20,000 nt of DNA from assembly GCF_004010195.1 (NCBI RefSeq), contig NC_057718.1, forward strand, positions 88,678,200 to 88,698,199, read 5' to 3'. The DNA comes from Chiloscyllium plagiosum. Taxonomy: Eukaryota. Numbering within the stretch: position 1 is the stretch's first letter; every line of letters begins with the position of its first letter. The notes under the pieces were generated by a model, which worked only from the letters and a program-made list of their open reading frames with translations, was not told the DNA's origin and did not search any database. This document shows, piece by piece, positions 1-9,197 of this stretch. Both the position numbers and the translations under genes were made by a program.

Positions 1-657
1 GTTGCCAGGGTTGGAGGATTTGATCTATGGGGAGATGCTGAACAGGCTTGAACTGCTTTCCCTGGAGCATCGGAGGCTGAGGGGTGACCTTATAGAGGTT
101 TACAAAAANNNNNNNNNNNNNNNNNNNNNNNNNNNNNNNNNNNNNNNNNNNNNNNNNNNNNNNNNNNNNNNNNNNNNNNNNNNNNNNNNNNNNNNNNNNN
201 NNNNNNNNNNNNNNNNNNNNNNNNNNNNNNNNNNNNNNNNNNNNNNNNNNNNNNNNNNNNNNNAGGCTGAGGGGTGACCTTATAGAGGTTTACAAAAATT
301 ATGAGGGGCATGGATAGGATAAATAGACAAAGTCTTTTCCCTGGGGTCGGGGAGTCCAGAACTACAGGGCATAGGTTTAGGGCGAGAGGGGAAAGATATA
401 AAAGAGACCTAAGGGGCAACTTTTTCACATAAAGGGTGGTATGTGTATGGAATGAGCTGCCAGAGGAAGTAGTGGAGGCTAGCACACTTGCAATATTTCA
501 AAGGCATTTGGATGGGTATATGAATAGGAAGGGTTTGGGGGGATATGGGCCGGGTGCTGGCAGGTGGGACTAGGTAGGGTTGGGATATCTGGTCCACATG
601 GACAGGTTGGACCGAAGTGTCTGTTTCCATGCTGTACATCTCTATGACTATGACTAA
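1..657 (+). mobile_element. CR1-type LINE, 3' end (ORF2 C-terminus, 3' UTR, short repeat tail)
   Basis: Translates to PGLEDLIYGEMLNRLELLSLEHRRLRGDLIEVYK, the typical CR1 ORF2 C-terminus. Ends in ...GCTGTACATCTCTATGACTATGACTA. Confidence 0.92.
109..263. other. Assembly gap (155 N), probably spurious
   Basis: The same 35-mer (aggctgaggggtgaccttatagaggtttacaaaaa) lies on both sides, at 74-108 and 264-298. Confidence 0.9.
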
Positions 658-658
658 T

Positions 659-948
659 TAGAGTCTGAGAATCCTTAGAGTGTGGAAACATGCTATTCAG
701 CCCACTGAGTCCACAATGACCCTCCAAAGAGCATCCTACCTTGATCCACACCCCTACCCTATCCCTGTAACCCTGTATATCTCATGGCTAATCCACCTAA
801 TCTGCGCATCTTTGGACTGTGGGAGGAAATCCACGCAGTCACGGGGAGAATGTGTAAACTCTGCACAGACAGTCACCTGGAGATGGAATCAAACCCAGGT
901 CCCTGGCACTGTGAGGCAGCAGAGCTAACTACTGAGCCACTGCTGCCC
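659..948 (-). mobile_element. HE1-type tRNA-derived SINE, diverged
   Basis: Its reverse complement aligns with the intact copy at 10529-10849: GGGCAGCAGTGGCTCAGTAGTTAGC head, decayed B box, CR1-like tail. Confidence 0.9.
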
Positions 949-1261
949 CATCTATTATCAATAACTCAGACTGAAGGTAAATAGAGGCAATATTTACAGG
1001 CTACAAACTTAAACGATCGGTATAAGCTTTTAAAAATAAAATTAAGAGCTAAGTAAACAAACTAGAGATGCCAGGCCAGACAATATGTTGTAGGAGCTGG
1101 TGGAGCCCATTGTGGGTTATTTGTTACAGACTACTCAGACCTCTCGGCATCATGGTAGTCCACAAACCTACTAACACACTAAAACAGCAGCTAATGAACT
1201 TAAAAGATCCTATACAGACAATAAGCAAAACAAATGGCAATTATAAAAATCTTGCAATGAC

Positions 1262-1463
1262 TGTATGGGCTGCCAGAGGAAGTGGTGGAGGATAGCACAA
1301 CTGCAACATTTAAAAGTCATCTGGACGGGTATATGAATAGGAAGGGTTTGGAGGGATATGGACTGGGTGCTGGCAGGTGGGACTAGATCGGGTTGGGATA
1401 TCTGGTTGGTATGGACAAATTGACCGAAGGGTCAGTTTCCGTGCTGTACATCTCTAATGACTA
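1262..1463 (+). mobile_element. 5'-truncated CR1 3' end inserted in the PLE
   Basis: Aligns with ~455-650 (gctgccagaggaagt...gctgtacatctct..tgact). The PLE reading frame resumes right after it (YVGQT). Confidence 0.9.
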
Positions 1464-1782
1464 CGTCGGACAAACACGTAAAAAACTAACCACCAGAATA
1501 TACAAACAGCAACTAGCCACAAAAAGACATGACCCACTATCACTACTATCCTTACATACAGACAAAGGAAGACACCACATCCATCCTAGGACAAGCCAAA
1601 CAGAGATACACACGAGAATTCTTTGATGCATGGCATTCCAATCAGAACTCTATCAATAAACACATTGATTTGAATCCCATCCACCATCCTTTGAGAAAAA
1701 GAATGGAAAATGACATCACCCACCCAAAGAAACCTAAACACAAATAGAAAGCGGGACATACCACCACTGCTTCACCGGACTC

Positions 1783-1822
1783 TCACTGATGATGTTACCT
1801 AGCATAGTGATGAAACATCTGA
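1783..1822 (+). ncRNA. Minimal type I hammerhead ribozyme motif (PLE-associated, slightly decayed)
   Basis: TCA-CTGATGA-T-GTTAC(ctagcata)GTGAT-GAAA-C-ATC-TGA. Both core boxes are intact, stem I is TCA/TGA, stem II has G-U pairs, and the NUH triplet is ATC. Confidence 0.75.
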
Positions 1823-2039
1823 AAGCAATCCTTCTAGCTCAGCAAGCAAACTTATATCCAGAACCTCAACCTGAGCAACAAACCTTTTTCAAAAATCGCG
1901 AAACAGGAGCTGTCTGCCTTTTGAACAAAAAACAATTTACACGCAATGAATAGTAATGTCTCATGACTCAAAACTAGTGGGTGTTAATCAAGCCCTTTCT
2001 GGCTCATTGTGTCTGATGCTGTAGTGTTCTATCATGATG

Positions 2040-2985
2040 AAAGCGATGTCCTTCCCATTCTATATCCTCATCCTTCTCCACAGAAGCCTGTTGTTATTTC
2101 CTCAGCTCTTCAGTATCCATCAAACTCCTTTTTGCCTGTTCCAGTTATGAAGAGCACAGCATGCAGGGATTATGCAGAACACACTGTCTGAAGAGCATCA
2201 TCAGACTCCTTGAGACAAATTCAACCACTGGAATTTCACCTTCAGCAGGCCTATCATCTGTTCCATGATGACCTTAATGGAATAATAGGTTGCACTGTAT
2301 CTATGCTTGACCTCAGTCACAGTTGCACAATGGAGACATCAGCCACAGTTGCAGAGGTTAGCCCTCATCTCCCAGCATCCATCTTTTTTAGATACCTGGC
2401 CCTTGAAATGTAGCAGGAACCTGAGTTGTCAAGGATTTAGATATCATGGCAGTTTTCAGGATGTTTGGTGCAGATCCCCAAAATGATTACACTCATTACC
2501 ACAGATGACTTTTACAGACCAACCAGAATCCTGGTCTATTGATTATATCATCCATTATAGGATACAGTACTCTCGACTTCTGTAACGTTCTGCATCTGGG
2601 TGAAGCCAATTAAGGTGGCAAAACTTACTGCATGAGCTACAGTACTGATGACATGATAGGGAAATAAGATGAAGCAGTGTGATCTGACACAAATTGCTTC
2701 GGTAACAGTGTTGATACATTTGTGGGTTGAGGATTCAGAGAGTGCACACAGGTTCTTAGTGAATTCTTGGAAGCAACCAATTGTATCAAAATTTAGTGCA
2801 AATATCTCTTGCCTCTCACTTGGATAGTATAGCCACCCAACCCTCCAGTTTACACGTCCTTCTCCAGCACGTGATTCTGTTACAGTATCCCAGGACATCC
2901 TCAGTCTGTGGCAGCCATCCACTTGCTTATCTGCAGTAGGTAGAGTTGAGGACAATAAATTTTGTGCCTCCTGTATGTGTAATGT
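2040..2985 (-). pseudogene. Fossil Harbinger/PIF (HARBI1-like) DDE transposase
   Basis: Minus-strand hand translation, through stops and frameshifts, gives in order: CHRLRMSWDTV; ALNFDTIGCFQ..LCALSESSTHKCINTVTEA; FATLIGFTQMQNV; IINRPGF; HPENCHD (CHD at 2443-2451); WMLGDEG*PLQLWLMSP (WMLGDEG at 2361-2381); IMEQMIGLLKVKF (from 2269); CCALHN (2144-2161). Confidence 0.88.
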
Positions 2986-3977
2986 ATCCTGAGGGGACAT
3001 TTTGTTGCAATTTCTTGTGTAGGCTGTTTCATAGCCATGGGAGGTTTCTGCTCGCCTTAGGTTTGCTGATTGGTTAGATTATCCTCAGTTTCTTAGTGTC
3101 TTTATTTACAGTGTCCTACTGCAGCAGGAACTGTTACCTAGGGACCCAATGCATATATATGGGTAACATCAGAAACAAAAAGGCCCTTGCTAACGTGAGC
3201 TGTCAGCATTCACATCACAAACAAATTACAGTTCACCTTAGTCCTTGATAGAGGACACATGGGGGATTCCAACTTCTTCTTTCTTTGCACTCCCTGCCAA
3301 CTCCAGCAGTTCTAAGCTGAGCAGGTTGATTAGAAAAATATTCTCACATTCCCACTCGATTCTTTCAGTTAAGTCTTCCTCTCCCTACTTCACCTCACTG
3401 TGCCCCAGGCATACTAGAGATGCCAACTGCTGTGCTGTACTGTCCCCCTGTCAAAGCCAGGGAAGTGATGATCAACGATGACCCCACCTCAAACACAGTA
3501 ACTGTAGCCACAGAATGCTGTATCATCTTCCATCCTCTTGCTGTTACTTGACCACCTTCAAAATTACTGTTATTATTAAATATGGCAAGATTAGGCAATG
3601 ATGAATTGTTAATACACAGAAATTGGACGCTCGCTACTCACAAGCTGAGGTTCTCGTTTTGCCATTAAAATCTTGGATGGAACAATGGACTTTAATTACT
3701 TGACCCTGTGAATCTCATTTTTTCTGATCTTGCCATTGCCTACAGTTTAGGCCTTGGGAAGATTCCGCTGACCATTTTCCCTCCAACATTAAATGATTTG
3801 GTTGAAAATAGTATAATTAACTAACCTACTTCAACTACATTGAGTTTTTGTTTTGGAAGAACACGAAGTAAAATCTAACTTTCTGCAAGTAAGGTATACC
3901 CATTTGCAATTCACTGGTATTTCTGAAATCCAGCCAAAAATATATTTGTATAAAAAAGTATATGAAAAAGGACTGTT

Positions 3978-4037
3978 TCATCCTAACTTCACCATGCAAA
4001 CGATCTCCCTTTCCTCCAACTGCAGTTTCTCAGTCTC
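3978..4037 (-). other. Candidate short exon (possibly terminal) of an unidentified host gene
   Basis: Strong acceptor on the minus strand, ttttctgtctgtctttgtctgtcccag, in a non-repeat island. Frame 0 reads ETEKLQLEEREIVCMVKLG*. A weak donor (gtgaag) follows 3993. No homolog recognised. Confidence 0.25.
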
Positions 4038-4803
4038 CTGGGACAGACAAAGACAGACAGAAAATAATTTAGGGCTAATTTAGGAAAAAAGCTCTGGGAA
4101 GTTTACATTTGACCTTCCCTCCACTCTCCATGCAATAAAAGCAAGCTACAGGGGAAAACAGTAATTTTTGAAAAAGGTACCTAAGCTCATACCTGGTTCA
4201 TTTGCCAATAACTTGAAACCCATATTGTCTAGTTTCTGACCCTTCAGGCAGTGAATTCAATTTTTCCTTATTTATTGCATCAAATTCCTTTATGATTTTT
4301 AGATAATCTATTAATTCCACCTTCAACATTGCCATTCTGAAAGCAACACAGCTTATTTTTTGATTGTAACTTGAATGCCATACCCTCCAGTACAATTCTA
4401 GTATACCTCCTCTGTGAAATGAATGTGATACTCAATTTAAGGCCTAATCAGTAATTTATGAAAGGGTCAGAAAACCATTCTTCCTTTATTACTTTATGTC
4501 TGCGCTTTAATATGTTAACAGCCTTCTAAACTTGCCACGATGCTGCGATTTATGTATATAAACTCCAAGTTTCTCGGTTCATGCCTCATCAAAACTGCAT
4601 TATTTATTATAATACTTTGTATTGCATCTCTTCATTCTTCTAACTAAAACACATCAGATCACACTTCTCTGCATTAAGATTGCATCTCCCACATCTGTCC
4701 ATTTCACAGTCTTCTGGGGCCTATTATTATCCTCCAAATTGCTTACTACATCTCACAGTCATTTCCAAACTTGCAAATTATTCATTGTATATTCTGTATA
4801 TCT

Positions 4804-5340
4804 CTCATACACATGCTCTCTCTCAGACACACACACCCTGCCACACTCTCACCCACGCACACACCCTCTCATAGGCATCTACTCCGTCACACTCACGCAC
4901 ACTATCAGTCAGACACACACACACACAAGCTGTAGGCAGTCAATCCATGTAGCATTTTATAAATTCCTACTTTGGAAACAGAACCAGTCTGACTCAAGAT
5001 TGGAATACAACCAGACTCTAACCTCACACCTTGAATGCATTGTTGAGCTGAGTTGTCACCTTTTTTTAATAAAGCCTTGAGTTATCTCGGGAATGTGACT
5101 TGAAAGAAGTTCTGGGATTTACGTATTAAAGAACCAAAACCTGCAACCCATTCTAAAAAGATGAAAGACTTAACATCAATCTAGGTTTGTTCAATATATC
5201 GTATCAGTTGCATGATCTTTTGCTATAAATTCTGTGTCCTACGATGCTGCCCCACTAGCTACCTGACGAAGGAGCAGCACTCCGACAGCCTGTACTTCCA
5301 AATAAACCTGTTGGACTAAACCTGGTGTTGCGTGATTTTT
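4804..5340 (+). mobile_element. Penelope-like element 3' UTR/terminal repeat (second family), CA-rich 5' part
   Basis: Splits the CR1 and ends with a hammerhead motif, AATAAA and ..cctggtgttgcgtgattttt. Possible 5-bp TSD tatct at 4799-4803 and 5340-5344. PLE assignment rests on the hammerhead and family recall. Confidence 0.7.
5260..5294 (+). ncRNA. Degenerate minimal hammerhead ribozyme motif
   Basis: TAC-CTGACGA-A-GGAG(cagca)CTCC-GACA-GCCT-GTA. Stem I is TAC/GTA and stem II is a perfect 4 bp, but GAAA is mutated to GACA and the NUH triplet is lost, so it is probably inactive. Confidence 0.65.
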
Positions 5341-5660
5341 ATCTAAATGTAAGTTATTGTTATATATTAAAAACAGTAGTTTTAATACTGATTCACAGGG
5401 GTTCCCCTGTACGTTATTCTCCAATCTGAAAAACAGTTGGTCTGCTTTCTGTCCCTTAGACAGCATTGAATCCACTGTTCCTTTCATTCGTCGGGTTTCA
5501 ATTTTTATTCCAAGTCCATCACATGGCACTTTACCAAATGCCTTTTGAAATTCCATAAACACAATATTGACTTCACTATCTTCACCTGCCATTACTTAAA
5601 GAACTATGAGACAGGCTAGCTGCACCAGTTGCTATTTCCTGCCAGTTCCATTTGCCTCCT

Positions 5661-6211
5661 TTTCAAATCACATTCACGAGATAACTTAAGGTTTTATAAA
5701 GAAAAGTGACATCTCAGCTCAGACAATGCATTTCAGGTGTGAGGTTAGAGTCTGTATTTCAATCTTGAGTCAGATTGGTTCTGTTTCCAAAGTAGGAATT
5801 TATAAAATGTCACATGGATTGACTGCCTACAAATTGTGTGTTTTCTGAACAAAATAGAATGTATCTGCAAATACAATTCTGCAAATGTACTGAGAGTGTA
5901 TGTAAAGGAAAGAGAGAGAGTGTGTGTCTGGGAGAGAGGGAGAGAATGCTAGTGTGTGTGTGCACGTGAGAGTGTGTGCGTGTGCGTGCTTGATAGTATG
6001 CGTGAGTGTGACGGAGTACATGCTGATGAGAAGTTGTGTGCATGGGTGTGAATGTGGCTGGGTGTGTGTGTCTGAGAGAGAGCGTGTCTATGAGAGATAT
6101 ACAGGGAATATACAAGGAATAACTTGCAAGTTTGAAAATGACTCAGAAATGGAGTAAGCAATGTGGAGGATAATAATAGGCCCCAGAAGAACATTAAAAG
6201 ATTGGTGAAAT
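5661..6211 (-). repeat. Inverted copy of ~4701-5105, including the CR1/PLE junction
   Basis: The + ORF 4622..5080 (FWGLLLSSKLLTTSHSHFQTCKLFIVYS) mirrors the - ORF 5949..6242 (FWGLLLSSTLLTPFLSHFQTCKLFLVYS). DNA aligns throughout, with indels. Confidence 0.9.
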
Positions 6212-6260
6212 TTCCTGACAGTCCCATTTGCCTCTCTTTCAATTATATATCCTTTGATCC

Positions 6261-6403
6261 CTTCTTTCAAGCCACACTCTTGATATAACTTAAAGGTTTT
6301 ATTTTAAAAAAAGTGACATCTCAGGTCAGGCAATGCCTTACAGGTGTGAGGTTAGAGTCTGTCTGTATTTCAATCTTGAGTCAGACTGATTCTGTTTCCA
6401 AAG
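6261..6403 (-). repeat. Further partial inverted copy of ~4970-5109 (direct repeat of ~5661-5792)
   Basis: tttcaa.cac...aaagtgacatctcag...caggtgtgaggttagagtctg...ttctgtttccaaag is shared with 5661-5792. Confidence 0.88.
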
Positions 6404-6649
6404 GATTCAATTCACCGTCACACTATTGTGCTTCATTTGTTTGTCCCTCTCATCAACATATTCAGTTACTTACTCAGCTGGCGTTTTCCTTCTCTTGCTG
6501 TTCTGCCTTTTCCTCATTCTTTTCTGACTTTCAGATTTCTTTTTCCCAGTTTCTCATCAGCAATTGAGGACTAATGGGGTCAGAGCTCAGGTATGAAAAG
6601 AAGTAACCCCATTTCTCTGATGGAGGGATGAGATTAATATGACTGCCAT

Positions 6650-6780
6650 TGGTAATTACAAAGGAATGAGGGCAAAGTTGGCTGAAGCTGACTGGGAAAG
6701 GAACTCAGCAGAAAAAACGATTTGAGGAAAATGGCAGATGTTTAAGAAAATAGCGAACACCTCACAGCAAAGATACAGTG
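6650..6780 (+). mobile_element. CR1 ORF2 internal fragment
   Basis: Reads GNYKGMRAKLAEADWERNSAEKTI*GKWQMFKKI, the typical region after the CR1 endonuclease. Confidence 0.7.
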
Positions 6781-6962
6781 ACGCAGAAGGATGCTGTGAA
6801 GGCAATGTGTTGCAGCAGTAGTATGTGAAAAGTGACAATGACGGTGCGATTCTCAGTGACAGCGTCCAAAGCAAATGTTGACTGCTTGAGGAATTTCAGC
6901 TCAGTTGTTGAATTGAAATCTGGGTTGTGTACATGGGGGCACATGTTTTAAAAAATTCTCAA

Positions 6963-7535
6963 GGTCAGGTTCGTAGGAGAGTAGTCTGACACAGAACAAA
7001 CGACCAAGAGGCGAGTCTGCTAGAATATGGGCATTTTATTCCCCGCAGCGTCGCCACAACCAGGTCTCATACTTACAACGGGTCTGGCTTATACTCACTC
7101 TACATGTTACCGGAACTGGGAGCCGTCAGTTCTCGTAGAGCGGTTGCCAACAACCCACGCTCGGCGGTTAAACGTAACCCCGGAGCAGACTCACCGAACT
7201 GGAGACTTTTCCAGCTGATATACTCTTTTAAACATTCATGTGAACAGCAGAGCAAGGCTAAAAAACACATTCCATTCTGGTTACATACAGATAAGAAGAT
7301 TCACACGGGGAGGTGTGTAATAAGATTCACACGGGACTAAGCAACACCTCCATTCCGGTTAGATTCACACATGTATTGGGACATAATTTTTAACCGTTTC
7401 ACCACATTCCACTGCTTGGCCCAATACATGTGTTACATTATGATTCACACATGTATTGGGACATAATTTTACACCACAGCACACCAGAGAGGGAACACTG
7501 TTTCAGGAGACAGTTACACCTTTAAATTAACTACA
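6963..7535 (-). mobile_element. Young solo LTR (573 bp; Gypsy- or ERV-type)
   Basis: 4-bp TSD TCAA (6959-6962, 7536-7539). Minus-strand ends are TGTAG...TGACC (CA expected, CC seen). AATAAA on minus at 7035-7040, TTTAAAA at ~7226-7232, U3-like repeats, CpG-rich relative to flanks. The flanks rejoin as CR1-like sequence. Confidence 0.8.
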
Positions 7536-8393
7536 TCAAACTTGGTCCATGATCAGAGTCAGGACGGTGTGTCTGCAAGTGAGGTAAGGAGCTTCAGCCA
7601 GTGATTTTGCCCAAAAGCCATGAAGTCCTTGCTCCCAGAATGGATGAGGGCACAGAAGATGAGCAAACTGACCACAGCATCATAGTACAGAGTGCCATTC
7701 AAGTGGGGGGAGAATGGAAACTGTTCTCTGCTGCCAAGAGTCCCAAAGCTGTGTTGCCTACTTGGTGCCAAGGCAAGGACATCTCTTCAGGCTAGAGAAG
7801 AACTTTTGAGTGAAAAGGCCAAGATTCAGTTGTCATGGACCACATAGGTACCAACGCCACTGACAGGACTGGGAATGAGGTTCTGCTGTGGGACTATGAG
7901 CAGCTCAGGGCTATATTAAAAAAGCAGTACCATAAAGGTAATAATCTCAAGAATACTACCTAAACCACATGCAAATTGGCATAGAGTAAATAATACTAGA
8001 GAGGTAAATGTATGGATCAAAGATTGGCATATAGGGGAAAGGGGCTCTGAATCATGAGCATTTCTCTGTGGAAAGAGAAATTGGGCCTCATTTGAAGCAT
8101 TCAGGGGTCAGTGTCTTGGGGAATCATGTAACTAAGGTTATACAAAGGGGTTTAAACTAGTTGGTTGGGTAGGGCTTAATTGAAGGGATGTTTAAAATAA
8201 AATCAAAAAGAAACAAGAGAGCAGAGGTGCAGGATTATGAAGAGGCGAACAATAACCCTAGTATAACAGGAAGAGGCAAAAAAAAATAAGCTGAGTCGTG
8301 CAGTTGTAATTAGAATCAAAATAAGTAATAATGGTAAAAAGTCAAAACCTAAGGCTCTTTTTCCGAATACATGCAGCATTTGCAACTAGATGA

Positions 8394-8661
8394 GTTATAG
8401 AGCCATACAGCACGGAAACAGACCCTTCAGTCCAACTCATCCGCGCTGACCAGAAATCCCAATCTCACCTAGATCCATTTTCCAGCCTTTGGCCAATATC
8501 CCTGTAAATCCTTCTTATTCATATATCCAGCCAGATGCCTTTTAAATGTTGTAACTGTACCCACCTCCACCATTTTCTCTGGCAGCATGTTCCACACAAG
8601 CACACCCTCTGTCTGAAAAGGTTATTCCTCAGGTTCTTTTTAAATCTTTCCCCTCTCACCT
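8394..8661 (-). mobile_element. 5'-truncated CR1 3' end, antisense, inserted at the start of the host CR1 ORF2
   Basis: Its reverse complement aligns with ~385-650. Confidence 0.9.
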
Positions 8662-8918
8662 AGAACATTGACAGCACAAATAAAATAAATGATTTTGAAT
8701 TGACAGCTATTACAGAGATGTGGATGCAGGGTGAACAAGACTGGGATTTTAATATTTAAAGGTATTCAACATTCTGGAAAAACAGACAAAAAGGAAAAGG
8801 ATGTGGGGTACTATTGTTAAGTGCAGTGATGAGTAGTGATATAGATGCAGTACATCATGACATGGAATCCAACTGGGTGGAAATAAGGAATAGTAAGTGA
8901 AAAAAATCATGGATGGGA

Positions 8919-9197
8919 GTCATAGAATCCCTACAGAGTGGAAGCAGGCCTTTCAGCCCATTAGATCCACATTGTCCCTCTGAACAGCATCTCACCCAAT
9001 CCTGTAACCGTGCACTTCCCTTGGCTAATCCACCCAACCTGAACATCCCTGGATACTATGGGCAATTTCGCATGGTCAAGCCATCAAACCTGCACATCTT
9101 TGGACTCTGGGAGGACACACACACGCCCAAGGGTGGAACTGAACCCGGGTCCCTGGCACTGAAAGGCAGCAGTGCTAACCATTGAGCTGCCGTACCC
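8919..9197 (-). mobile_element. HE1-type SINE
   Basis: Reverse complement has GGCAGCTCAATGGTTAGCACTGCTGCC and B box GGTTCAGTTCC; aligns with 10529-10849. Confidence 0.9.

Larger units (their letters stand above)
1127..1900 (+). mobile_element. Penelope-like element 3' fragment (GIY-YIG endonuclease region plus terminal repeat), interrupted by a CR1 fragment
   Basis: Pieces RLLRPLGIMVVHKPTNTLKQQLMNLKDP..NYK / YVGQTRKKLTTRIYKQQLATKRHD / SILGQAKQRYTREFFDAWHSNQNSINK fit a PLE GIY-YIG domain. A hammerhead motif follows. Confidence 0.88.
4190..5590 (-). mobile_element. Old CR1 LINE ORF2 (RT to C-terminus) fragment, interrupted by a PLE at ~4804-5340
   Basis: Minus-strand ORFs: VNIVFMEFQKAFGKVP..LFLIYNNNL (5239-5592) and LKVELIDYLKIIKEFDAINKEKL..SETRQYGF (4198-4395). 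A degenerate KFADD-like region lies at ~4755-4790. Confidence 0.85.

Noticed and set aside
3200..3600. Possible Harbinger Myb/SANT partner gene or host exon
   Set aside because: Stops in all frames after the candidate acceptor, and no recognisable SANT tryptophan pattern.
4622..6242. ORFs of 60-152 aa rich in H/T or C/V
   Set aside because: Translations of CA/TG-rich repeat sequence and its inverted copy.
6468..6553. Minus-strand purine-rich stretch ending at a gtaagt donor
   Set aside because: The only open frame is bounded by stops and has no credible acceptor.
7296..7470. Spaced direct repeats resembling a CRISPR array
   Set aside because: Only two 29-bp copies, irregular units, no cas genes, vertebrate context; explained as LTR U3 repeats.
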